Shown: positions 9,127 to 17,751, counted from the first letter of the stretch. The stretch is 58,330 nucleotides of DNA from Thermoanaerobaculia bacterium (GCA_036003305.1 DASYSN010000021.1:1-58330), one strand, 5' to 3'. Numbers and translations: made by a program. Notes: a model not told the origin generated them from the sequence alone.

Positions 9127-10629
9127 CTACCGGAGCTTTCGTGCCGCTCGCGCCGTATGGTCGCGAAGAGCACGAGTCATCTCCGTCACGCGATCTTCGA
9201 AGGCCGCATCAAGTCTGAAATCGAGGCAATGAAAGTCGGCGAGCGCATCCGGGAGCTCGCAGTCGCCACAACGGAGAGGAAGAATCTCGATTTCGCCTTG
9301 GTCGCGGACATTCAAAGCTTCGTCGATCTCTCGCCGTACCCAGTCGCTCTTGACAGCGTGTTCGGTCAATACCACCGCGAAGGAGTGACATCCCCCGATT
9401 GCATCTTCGATCGTCTTTCGCACCGGGTTCCCAGCCCTCATCCGATGTTCGTCACGCCATACCTTCACGCTCCTCCTTCGAAGGCCGCGGCTCAATCGAT
9501 CGACGAGTGCACCATCCTGCCGTGAGTAGCTTATGAAAACATCGTACGGTTTCTTGCGAGCAAGCTCGATGAGCTTCCCTTCCGGTTCGAGTAAATCGAG
9601 ATCGCCGTATCGTTGTCCGAGAACTGGCAGTAGACCATCGACAAACTGCTGCGGCGACAAAGGACACATGTACACGCCGCGTCGTGCCCAATAATCTGGC
9701 TGGCGGTCGCCGGGGGCGCAATTAGCGACCTTGACGGCCGCCATCGAGAAGGTCCGTAACCGGAGAACACACTCTGCTTCCCAGGGCGCAAAGTCGAGCA
9801 GCAAGAGGTCTCGCCGCTCCAGCATCTCGGCGATGTTCTCAACCCGGGTCGTGTCAGAGGCGAGCAGCGACTTCAGACCACCCGTGAAGCCGGTTGCAGC
9901 TCGCGCGGTGCCAATTACGTAGAAGACGTGCGGACGGCCTACCTCGGCTACTTCCCACTCCCCAACTCTCATGCTCATCTCATCGTGAACAATTGGGATT
10001 TTTCCCACTTCGAGGAGGGCCTTCGTCAGTGACCGGTCTAGCGTGGCGTCGATGAAATTCGTAATTGGAAGTCGCGCAATCGAACGGTGGGCATCAGTCA
10101 CTTTGACATTTGCAAGGAGAGCAGCGACGGCATCGTGAACTGCCTGTCTTCCTCGCCGCTTTTCGGCCTTCTCGACAAACTCATCCCACTTTTCAAAGTA
10201 GTCGTTCTCGTCACGCGCATGCCAACCGACCTTGAGGCGTTCGTTTATCTGAACGCCGACATTCGGGAGCGACGCTGCGGGTGCCAGCGACGCACCAACA
10301 GCGACTGCGAGGTCATCATTGATCGCGGCTTCCCAGAATCGACCGAGAAAGGCGTCCGTCTCGATTAATTCGACTCGTCGCGAGATCCGGTCTAGGGTCG
10401 TGATTGCAGCCGGGACACCTGCTACCGCTGCCGCACAGGTGCGGTGAAGCTCGTGTGCTTCGGTTCTGTCTCGAACCGAATTGATGTATGCGGAGAACTC
10501 AACCGCATCCGAATATGGAACCGGAATCGAGAACTGTTCGTCGCCGCGCCTGAAAGTCATATGCACGCGGCACCGCGCAACGTCACGATAGCCGTAGTAA
10601 CTGAGTCCGAGTAGTCGATGAAGGACCAC
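9127..10629 (-). CDS. SIR2-like (DHS-like NAD-binding) region fused to a C-terminal TIR domain
   Basis: 500-aa ORF. The TIR domain covers aa 360-475: YDVFISYSRQDG...FAVVLTEHAVKSDWVRREIDEAL, with Glu434 in the catalytic position. SIR2_2-like motifs lie at aa 95-300: DLAVAVGASLAPAASLPN, PITNFIDATLDRSL and RDLLLLDFAPWEAEC. An alternative ATG start lies at 10560. GC is lower than in the flanking genes. Confidence 0.75.
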   Translation of the reverse strand: MVLHRLLGLSYYGYRDVARCRVHMTFRRGDEQFSIPVPYSDAVEFSAYINSVRDRTEAHELHRTCAAAVAGVPAAITTLDRISRRVELIETDAFLGRFWEAAINDDLAVAVGASLAPAASLPNVGVQINERLKVGWHARDENDYFEKWDEFVEKAEKRRGRQAVHDAVAALLANVKVTDAHRSIARLPITNFIDATLDRSLTKALLEVGKIPIVHDEMSMRVGEWEVAEVGRPHVFYVIGTARAATGFTGGLKSLLASDTTRVENIAEMLERRDLLLLDFAPWEAECVLRLRTFSMAAVKVANCAPGDRQPDYWARRGVYMCPLSPQQFVDGLLPVLGQRYGDLDLLEPEGKLIELARKKPYDVFISYSRQDGALVDRLSRGLRRRSVKVWRDEHRMRAGNPVRKTIEDAIGGCHSFAVVLTEHAVKSDWVRREIDEALNVRDQGEIEILPLRCGDCELPDALADFHCLDFRLDAAFEDRVTEMTRALRDHTARAARKLR

Positions 10630-11739
10630 CTACGCCGTGACCGCCTCCTCCACGTAAGGCTTCACGTCGAAGCCACGGACGTACATCTGGTGAATCCGCT
10701 CCATCTCCTCGTCGGTCAGCGGCGCGTGATTCGAGGCGCCGGCGAACTCTTCGAGCTGTTCGTGGTTGTAGATGTTCGGGAGCGCCGAGATGATCGACGG
10801 GTGGGCGTAGAGCCAGAGCAAGGCGAGCTGGCCGATCGTGACTCCGCGCTCCGCGCACAGCGGCTTGAGGCGCTCGATCTTCTGGATCCCTTCCACCAGC
10901 CAGGCGCGCGGACGGTGGGAGCGGTGGTCACTCTCGTCGAACTTCGTGTCGATCGTGTACTGCCCTTCGAGCATGCCGGACGAATGCGTCACGCGGATGA
11001 GGAACTGCGGATCGGGATTCGCCTTCCAGGCGCGGAACGAGTGGTCGAATGACGATGTCGTCGAGCACTCCTTCTTGCTGCTCTTCCCTTCCATCGCTTC
11101 GCCAACAGCCGGATACGACGCGCCGCGGTCGGCCGCGAGGATGAACTCGCGTCCCGGATCCTGCTCCAGGATGTTGTAGATCATCTGGGTCACCGGCGCG
11201 CGGCGGACGGCGTTCGCATAGATCCCCTCGTCGCGCCAGCCGATCGCCGGCCCGAGCGACGGCCCATACGACGAGATCTTCCCCTCGGCTTTGAGCGACT
11301 CGAGCGTGTCCCAGTGCTCGTCGGTCATGAGCGTGGTGACGCGCGGGTTGTGCGGCTGGTAGATCGCGATGTGGTCCGTGCCGAGGCGCTGGAGCGACTG
11401 CTCGCAGGCGAAGCGGATGAACTTCGGCGAGAAGTCCTGCGGCAGCTCGCGCTGGCCGCGCGGGCGTTCGGGATTATTGTAGAAGTCGTAGCCGAACTTC
11501 GTGCCGACGTGGACCTCCGAGTGCTCCTTCAGCAGCGGAGCGAGCGCGGTCTCGCCGCGGCCGTTGCCGTATGCATCAGCAGTGTCGATGTAGTTGATGC
11601 CGCGATCGATCGCGGAGGAGATGATCGCCCTCGCCTCGTCGTCGGTGTAGGTCCCCCACCAGCCGGTCGTGAGCGTCCATGTTCCGAACCCGAGCTCGGA
11701 AACTTTGATGTCGGTACCGTGAATCGTCCTGTAGCGCAT
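10630..11739 (-). CDS. Aldo/keto reductase family oxidoreductase
   Basis: 369 aa. The N-terminus is MRYRTIHGTDIKVSELGFGTWTL..., and IDTADAYGNGRGE is an AKR hallmark. Confidence 0.88.
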   Translation of the reverse strand: MRYRTIHGTDIKVSELGFGTWTLTTGWWGTYTDDEARAIISSAIDRGINYIDTADAYGNGRGETALAPLLKEHSEVHVGTKFGYDFYNNPERPRGQRELPQDFSPKFIRFACEQSLQRLGTDHIAIYQPHNPRVTTLMTDEHWDTLESLKAEGKISSYGPSLGPAIGWRDEGIYANAVRRAPVTQMIYNILEQDPGREFILAADRGASYPAVGEAMEGKSSKKECSTTSSFDHSFRAWKANPDPQFLIRVTHSSGMLEGQYTIDTKFDESDHRSHRPRAWLVEGIQKIERLKPLCAERGVTIGQLALLWLYAHPSIISALPNIYNHEQLEEFAGASNHAPLTDEEMERIHQMYVRGFDVKPYVEEAVTA

Positions 11740-11803
11740 TCAGGAACGATAGCAAATCCGGTGCGCCGACCGCCCCGTACATCGGGGTGGGAGGACGATA
11801 CAG

Positions 11804-12088
11804 ATGGCTACGGTAATGCTGATGCACTGGCCGGACGTGACGAAGGAGCAGTACGAGCAGATCCGGAAGGATGTTCGCTGGGAAACGGACGTCCCTGCCG
11901 GAGCGAAGTTCCACACCGCCTGGTTCGCCGACGACGGCCTGCACGTCTTCGACCTCTGGGACTCGCCGCAGCAGTTCCAGAACTTCGTGAACACGCGCCT
12001 CGGCCCCGCCACGCAGCAGATCGGGATCAAGGGTCAGCCGAAGGTGGAGCTGTCGGACGCCCACGCCGTCTTCGCGCCGAACGTCTAG
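11804..12088 (+). CDS. Small conserved-looking hypothetical protein (94 aa)
   Basis: ATG is preceded by GGGAGGA. The composition is balanced, with no low-complexity sequence. It is convergent with the paralog array. Confidence 0.65.
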   Translation: MATVMLMHWPDVTKEQYEQIRKDVRWETDVPAGAKFHTAWFADDGLHVFDLWDSPQQFQNFVNTRLGPATQQIGIKGQPKVELSDAHAVFAPNV

Positions 12089-12109
12089 TGACGGGCGGCG
12101 CGGCGCATG

Positions 12110-13441
12110 TCAGTGATGGGCGGCGCGTTGGCGCGTTGGTTTGATGACGGTCAAGGGCGTCGTGTAGACCCGTTGCCCGCCGTCGAAGCGCCAGAGGACC
12201 GTGTACTCGCCCGCGGGTAGCGGAGCGACGGTCGTCTTGAACGTTTGGCAGCCAGGGCCATCGATCCCTCCCTCCGGGAACGAGTACATTCCGACGTCCA
12301 CCGTGATGGTGTGTCCGTCGACGTGCGTTGCCAACACGGTCCGCCGTTCGGGGTCGGGGGGAAGGATATTCAGCGTGACGTCGACCGGCGCGCTCTCGAA
12401 CGCCGTTGGGTTCAGCAGCCCGCCCGGATCGGACGTGCATTGCACAGTGCCGTTCTGCCAGGAGAACGAGAATGGCAGCGTGCCCCAATATGAATGGACC
12501 TCGTTGACGTTGACGTCGTACCACCACGCCACTTGGTGGTATCCGTCGGTAATCGGCCCAAGATTGAGCTCCTCCGCGTGACAGATCGCCGACGACGGCG
12601 CCGCACCGGAAGCCATGGCGTTTGCAGTGTCGGCGACAGTCTGGGAGACGGTGATGGACCCCGGCCAATCGTCGTCAATCCCGGTCACCGTCGGAGGGCC
12701 GAACGCGGGCGTATACCCTCGATAGGAATCCTCGATGTGAAGCCGCGCGGTCCCACCGGGCATGGGTGTGATCGTCGACCTGCCGGTACACGTGGATGTC
12801 GGCGCAGGCTGCTGGACCATGAAACGGAACCGGATTTCCGACCAGTTGACGTTGTAAAGTTCCGGGGCCGGCCAGGTGACGTTGTAAGTGCCCTCCGGCA
12901 AAATACCGAGGTCGAGCACGGAGATCTTGCAGTTCGTTCTCGGACCCTGGTACTCCGAGATGTAGATATCGTTGCCGGAGAAGTAAGCGACCGCCGGATT
13001 CTGTGAGCATGAGTCGACCTCCAGCCTGACCGGCCGGTCCGGAAGCGCCGGAAGGACAAGGTTGATGAGCTCTGCCGAGCGAGGCTGACCCGTTGCGAGC
13101 GTACCGACTAAGAACGGGAACGTGGAGCGCTGGGTCGTGAAGTTGACGTTGTCGTTCCACGTGACATTGAAACGGCCGGCGCCGAGGTAGCCGAGATCGA
13201 TTGTGTCGTCGACGCAGCTCACGTCCGTAGCGGAGCCGCCGGAGAGAGTCCGGGTCACCGTGATGTTGGTGCCGGCAATCGACACCACCGGTGTGGATCG
13301 CGTCGCGCCGGCGGCCACTGGCGCGCTGTACTTCACGACGATGTGATCGGCCGTGACGATGCTGAACCCGCCGCAGGTGACGGCAAGGGCGGCGCGGGTG
13401 GCGCCGAGGAGAAAGAGCGAAAGCAGAACGAGGCGTCTCAT
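12110..13441 (-). CDS. Secreted Cys-rich four-module protein, paralog 1
   Basis: 443 aa with signal peptide MRRLVLLSLFLLGATRAALA, then VTCGGFSIV. It carries 8 Cys, four modules each ending in a G-x-Y/F-x-V-x-W motif, and the tail KPTRQRAAHH. Confidence 0.8.
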   Translation of the reverse strand: MRRLVLLSLFLLGATRAALAVTCGGFSIVTADHIVVKYSAPVAAGATRSTPVVSIAGTNITVTRTLSGGSATDVSCVDDTIDLGYLGAGRFNVTWNDNVNFTTQRSTFPFLVGTLATGQPRSAELINLVLPALPDRPVRLEVDSCSQNPAVAYFSGNDIYISEYQGPRTNCKISVLDLGILPEGTYNVTWPAPELYNVNWSEIRFRFMVQQPAPTSTCTGRSTITPMPGGTARLHIEDSYRGYTPAFGPPTVTGIDDDWPGSITVSQTVADTANAMASGAAPSSAICHAEELNLGPITDGYHQVAWWYDVNVNEVHSYWGTLPFSFSWQNGTVQCTSDPGGLLNPTAFESAPVDVTLNILPPDPERRTVLATHVDGHTITVDVGMYSFPEGGIDGPGCQTFKTTVAPLPAGEYTVLWRFDGGQRVYTTPLTVIKPTRQRAAHH

Positions 13442-13442
13442 G

Positions 13443-14734
13443 TCAGTGATGGGCGGCGCGCTGACGCGTCGGTTTGACGATGGTCAAGGGCGTCGTGATG
13501 ATCTGTCGGTCGCGGTCGAAGCGCCAGACGACCGTGTATTCGCCCGCTGGCAGCGGAGCGACGTTCGCTTGATACGTCTGGCAGGAGGGAAGAGAATCGC
13601 TCGGCCCCTCGAAGAACGTTCCGATGTCCACGGTGATGGTGTGTCCCTCGACGTGCACTGCCGTCGTCCACTGCCATCCGAGATATAGGTAGAGGAAATT
13701 CACCGCGAGCTTGACTGGCGCGCCTTCGACCGCTGATGGCGTCAGTAGCACACCGGGATCCGACGAGCATTGCACCGTTCCGTTCTGCGAGAGAAACGAG
13801 AATGGGAACGCGTTCGTGTAGGACTCGGAACCGCCGGCGTTGACGTGGTACCACCACCAGACCTGATGGTAGCCGTCGGAGAGCGGCTCGAGGTTGAGCT
13901 CCTCCGCGTGACAGATCGGCGAAGACGGCGGCGCCCCGGGCACAAAGCTCTTCGCGGTGTCCGCGACAGGTTGAACGACTGTGAACATCGAAGGCCAATC
14001 GTCAATCTGCGTCACCGTCGGGAGCCCGAAGGTGGGCGTATAGCCGGGATAGGGATCCTCGAAGTGAAGCCGCGCTGCCCCACCGGGCATGGGTGTGATC
14101 GTCGATCTGCCGGTACACGGCGACGTGGGCCCCGGCTGCTGCACCATGAACCGGACGCCAACTCCCGGTACCCCCCAGGTGACGTTGTAAGTTCCCGCGG
14201 GCAAGACACCGAGATCGAGCACCGAGAGCCTGCAGCTCGTTTTCGGACCCTGGTACTCCGAAACGTAAATGTCGTTGCCGGAGGCGTACGCAACGGCCGG
14301 ATTCGTAAAGCACGAATCGACCTCCAGCCGGACCGGCCGGTCCGGAAGCGCCGGAGGAACAACGTCGACGAAGTCTCCTGTATAGCCTGTGGCGGGCGCG
14401 CCGACCGAGAATGTGAACGTCGCACGGCGGGTCGTGAGGCCGACGTTGTCGTCCCAAGTGACGTTGAAACGGCCGGCGCCGAGGTAACCGAGATCGATCG
14501 TGTCGTCGACGCAGCTCACGTCCGTCGCCGCGCCGCCGGAGAGAGTCCGCGTGACCGTGATGTTGGTGCCGACCGTCGACACGACCGGTTGGATCGAGTC
14601 GCGCCGGTGGCCACCGGCGCGCTGTACTTCACGACGATGTGATCGGCCGTCACGATGCTGAACCCGCCGCAGGTCACGGCGAATGCGGCGCGGGCGCCGA
14701 CGAGAAGGAACGACAGCAGAAGGAGACGTCTCAT
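13443..14734 (-). pseudogene. Secreted Cys-rich four-module protein, paralog 2, interrupted by a 1-nt frameshift
   Basis: ORF 14516-14734 encodes the signal peptide through ...VKYSAPVATGATRS. ORF 13443-14582 continues with VSTVGTNITVTRTL... in another frame. Comparison with paralog 1 (RSTPVVSIAGTN) places a missing C in AACCGG at about 14585-14588. Confidence 0.7.
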
Positions 14735-14750
14735 CTTGTCTCTATATGCG

Positions 14751-16100
14751 TTAGTGATGTGTTGCGCGTTGGCGCGTTGGTTTGACGACGGTGAGATGCG
14801 CCGTTGTCAGGGGGCGGGCGGGAGTGCCGGCAGGCGTCAGCAAGCGCCAGATCACGGTGTACTCGCCGGCGCTGAGCGTCGTCAGGTTCGTCTCGTATGT
14901 CGAGCACCAGTCGGGCGGGGAAGGCGGGAGCGGGCCCTCCCATGGCACCGGCGTGAGATCCAGAGTGATCGTCTGTCCGCTCACCTTGCTCGTCACCGCA
15001 AACGCGAATCCGCCGATGAACGTCACACCGAGCTTGATCGTCCCCTCGTAGGCGGGCGAGGGCGTGATCGCGCGCGGGAACGTGGAGCACTGCACCGATC
15101 CGTTCACCCACCGGAACGCGATGAAATCGCTATAACGGAAACCCGTATTGAATCCGTAGACGCTGATCTGGTCGTACCAGCGGATCTCGTTGAAACCCTC
15201 ATCCGGAGTGCCGAGATCGAGATCCTCTCCATGGCAGATCGCGGTCGCACCCGTCGCCGCTTTTGAGCTGTCCGCCGTGTCTGCCACCTGCTGGATCACA
15301 GTAATGACCGGCCAGGCGGCGCCAGGATTAATAGGATCGACGTACTTCGAAATATCGGTCACGGTCGGGAAACCGAAGGTGGGCGAGTAGCCCATCGTTG
15401 AATGTTCGTAGTGCAGTCGAGCGGTCCCTTGCGCCGTTCGCGTCACGGAAGACTCGTCGCTGCACGGAGATGTCGCTGCCGGCTGCTGCACGACGAAACG
15501 AAACGAGCTCGACGCCGGCGGGCTGAACATGGCGTCGACACGCGTGGTGGTGACGTTGTATGTGGCCGCCGGCAATGGTCCGAAGTCGAGGACGTACAAC
15601 CTGCACGTGGAACCGGCGCCGAATTGAGAGATGTTGATGTCATTGCCGGACAGGTACGCGACCGCAGGACTCAGCGAACACGCATTCACCTCGAGCCGGA
15701 CGGACTGGCCCGGGAGAGCAGGCGGAAGCACGGAGGTCGTGTCGACCGTGCCGGTTGCGGGAGCGCCGACGAAGAACGTGAAGCTCGAGCGCCGGCTGGT
15801 CAGATCGACATTGTCGTTCCAGGTGAGGTTGAAGCGCCCCGCGCCGAGGGAGCCGAGATCGGCCATGTCATCGACGCAACTCTCGCCGGTCGATGAGCCG
15901 CCGGAAACGTTGCGCGTCACGGTCACCTCCGTACCCATCACGGAAACCGCGGGTACCGAGTGCGTCGCACCTGTCGCCAGCGGCGCGCTGTACTTCACGA
16001 GCACATGATCGGCCGGAACGACGCTGAATCCGCCGCACGTGACGGCGAGCGCGGCGCGGGCGCCGAGGAGGATTACCGAAAGGAGAAGGAGGCGTCTCAT
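14751..16100 (-). CDS. Secreted Cys-rich four-module protein, paralog 3
   Basis: 449 aa with the same signal peptide/VTCGGFSVV head and the same tail KPTRQRATHH. It lies 16 nt from paralog 2. Confidence 0.8.
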   Translation of the reverse strand: MRRLLLLSVILLGARAALAVTCGGFSVVPADHVLVKYSAPLATGATHSVPAVSVMGTEVTVTRNVSGGSSTGESCVDDMADLGSLGAGRFNLTWNDNVDLTSRRSSFTFFVGAPATGTVDTTSVLPPALPGQSVRLEVNACSLSPAVAYLSGNDINISQFGAGSTCRLYVLDFGPLPAATYNVTTTRVDAMFSPPASSSFRFVVQQPAATSPCSDESSVTRTAQGTARLHYEHSTMGYSPTFGFPTVTDISKYVDPINPGAAWPVITVIQQVADTADSSKAATGATAICHGEDLDLGTPDEGFNEIRWYDQISVYGFNTGFRYSDFIAFRWVNGSVQCSTFPRAITPSPAYEGTIKLGVTFIGGFAFAVTSKVSGQTITLDLTPVPWEGPLPPSPPDWCSTYETNLTTLSAGEYTVIWRLLTPAGTPARPLTTAHLTVVKPTRQRATHH

Positions 16101-16116
16101 CTCGTCTCTGTGTACG

Positions 16117-17451
16117 TCAGTGGTGCGTGGATCGTCGGCGGGCCGGCTTGACGACAGTAACGTGCGACGTCATTGCGGTCGGAAGAGAAGCCCAGGGGGT
16201 GTAGCGCCAGGTGAGCGTGTACTCGCCCGCCGGCAAGGCGCTGATGGTCGTCTTGTAGGTCTGACAGTCTGGAAGCTTGTCACCGGGCCCTTCGTAAAAC
16301 GTTGACACATCGACGGTGATGTTCTGACCGGTCACGGCCACTTTCGCTCCCACCTGCCACGGCAGCGCGAGGATATTCATCCCGACATCGAAAGGCTCAC
16401 CTTCGACCGCTGGCGACGGGACCTGCAGCTCAGGAATCGATGTGCACTGCACAGTTCCGTTGCGCCACAGGAATGAGACGAACAGCGAATCCCGAAGCTC
16501 CAGGTCGGAACCGTTGACGCTGAGCTGGTCGTAACCGCCCACCGTGTAATTACCATCGGGAAGCGACCCCAGATCGAGCTCCTCCGCGTGACAGATGGTC
16601 GAAGGCGGCGCAGCGCCTGAAACCGCACTGTCGGCGGAATCAGTGACGGTCTGAACGACCTTGATGAAAGGGGGCCAACTGCGCGGGTAGTCGGCAATTT
16701 CAGTCACAGCCGGCGGCCCGAACGACGGCGTGTACCCTCGGTAAGAATCCTCGAAGTGCAGCCGCGCCATCCCATTCGGGTTTCGGGTGACGCTGAACGT
16801 ACCGTGGCACGCGGACGCCGGCGCCGGTTGTTGCACGATGAAGATGAACGAGGAACTGTAGTAGACGTCTTCGGTGCTGCCGGCTGACAACGCGACGTCA
16901 TAGGTGGCTTCCGGAAGCGCCCCGAGATCGATGACCGACAGCGTGCAAGGCAATCCGGAACCGTATTGCGAGACCCGTATGTCGTTGCCGGAGCGATAGG
17001 CGACCGCGGGACTCGGGGAACAGTCGTTGACCGCCAGCCGAACGGGATGGTCGGGAATCAAGGGCGGCAGAGCGGCCACATCGTCATTCAAGCCGGGCAA
17101 GGCGGGCGCGGGTGCTCCGACGAAAAACGTGAACGCCGAACGCTGGGTCGTGAAGTTGACGATGTCGCTCCAGGTGAGGTCGAAGCGGCCGGCGCCGAGT
17201 CTGCCGAGATCAACCGTCTCATCGACGCAGCTGACATTTGTCGCCGAGCCGCCGGAGAGCGTCCGCGTGACGGTGATGTCGGTGCCGGAGATCGAAACCT
17301 GAGCCGTGGAGCGCGTCGCGTCCGTCGCCACGGGCGCGCCGTACTTCACGAGCACGTGATCGGCTGGAACGATGCTGAACCCGCCGCAGGTGACGGCGAA
17401 TGCGGCGCGGGCACCGAGAAGAAGGAGCGGGAGCAGGAGGAACCGTCTCAT
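16117..17451 (-). CDS. Secreted Cys-rich four-module protein, paralog 4 (first gene of the array)
   Basis: The start is trimmed to MRRFLLLPLLLLGARAAFAVTCGG (ATG at 17449-17451). The 94 upstream codons in the ORF track are a translation of the 21-bp array. The tail is KPARRRSTHH. Confidence 0.8.
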   Translation of the reverse strand: MRRFLLLPLLLLGARAAFAVTCGGFSIVPADHVLVKYGAPVATDATRSTAQVSISGTDITVTRTLSGGSATNVSCVDETVDLGRLGAGRFDLTWSDIVNFTTQRSAFTFFVGAPAPALPGLNDDVAALPPLIPDHPVRLAVNDCSPSPAVAYRSGNDIRVSQYGSGLPCTLSVIDLGALPEATYDVALSAGSTEDVYYSSSFIFIVQQPAPASACHGTFSVTRNPNGMARLHFEDSYRGYTPSFGPPAVTEIADYPRSWPPFIKVVQTVTDSADSAVSGAAPPSTICHAEELDLGSLPDGNYTVGGYDQLSVNGSDLELRDSLFVSFLWRNGTVQCTSIPELQVPSPAVEGEPFDVGMNILALPWQVGAKVAVTGQNITVDVSTFYEGPGDKLPDCQTYKTTISALPAGEYTLTWRYTPWASLPTAMTSHVTVVKPARRRSTHH

Positions 17452-17520
17452 TTCACATGTGCATACGTCGGTGCGGCGCGGAGCGTCGGCGGCGCGAAGG
17501 CGCGCCGGGACTGTACGGCT

Positions 17521-17751
17521 GTACAGCGGCACTGCACGCGTGTACAGCGGCACTGCACGCGTGTACAGCGGCACTGTACACATGTACAGCGGGGCTGTAC
17601 ACGTGTGCAGTCTCGCTGCGCAGCGGTACAGTCTCAGCGCGCAGCCGTACAGTCTCGCTGCGCACGCCGACAGTCTCGCTGCGCACGCCGACAGTCTCGG
17701 GGCGCAGCGTAACAGCCTCGACGCGCAGGCCAACAGCGCCGCTGTACGGCT
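17521..17751. repeat. Tandem array, 11 units of exactly 21 bp, each with a 6-N5-6 palindromic core
   Basis: Units start at 17521, 17542, 17563 and so on to 17731. Early units read GTACAGCGGCACTG(C/T)AC...; later units read (G/C)(T/G)ACAGTCTCGCTGCGCA.... The array lies 70 nt upstream of the paralog-4 start. Confidence 0.85.

Noticed and set aside
17452-17733. A 94-codon N-terminal extension of paralog 4 (ORF 16117-17733)
   Set aside because: The extension is the 21-bp array read as heptad pseudo-peptides. All four paralogs begin at MRR plus a signal peptide.
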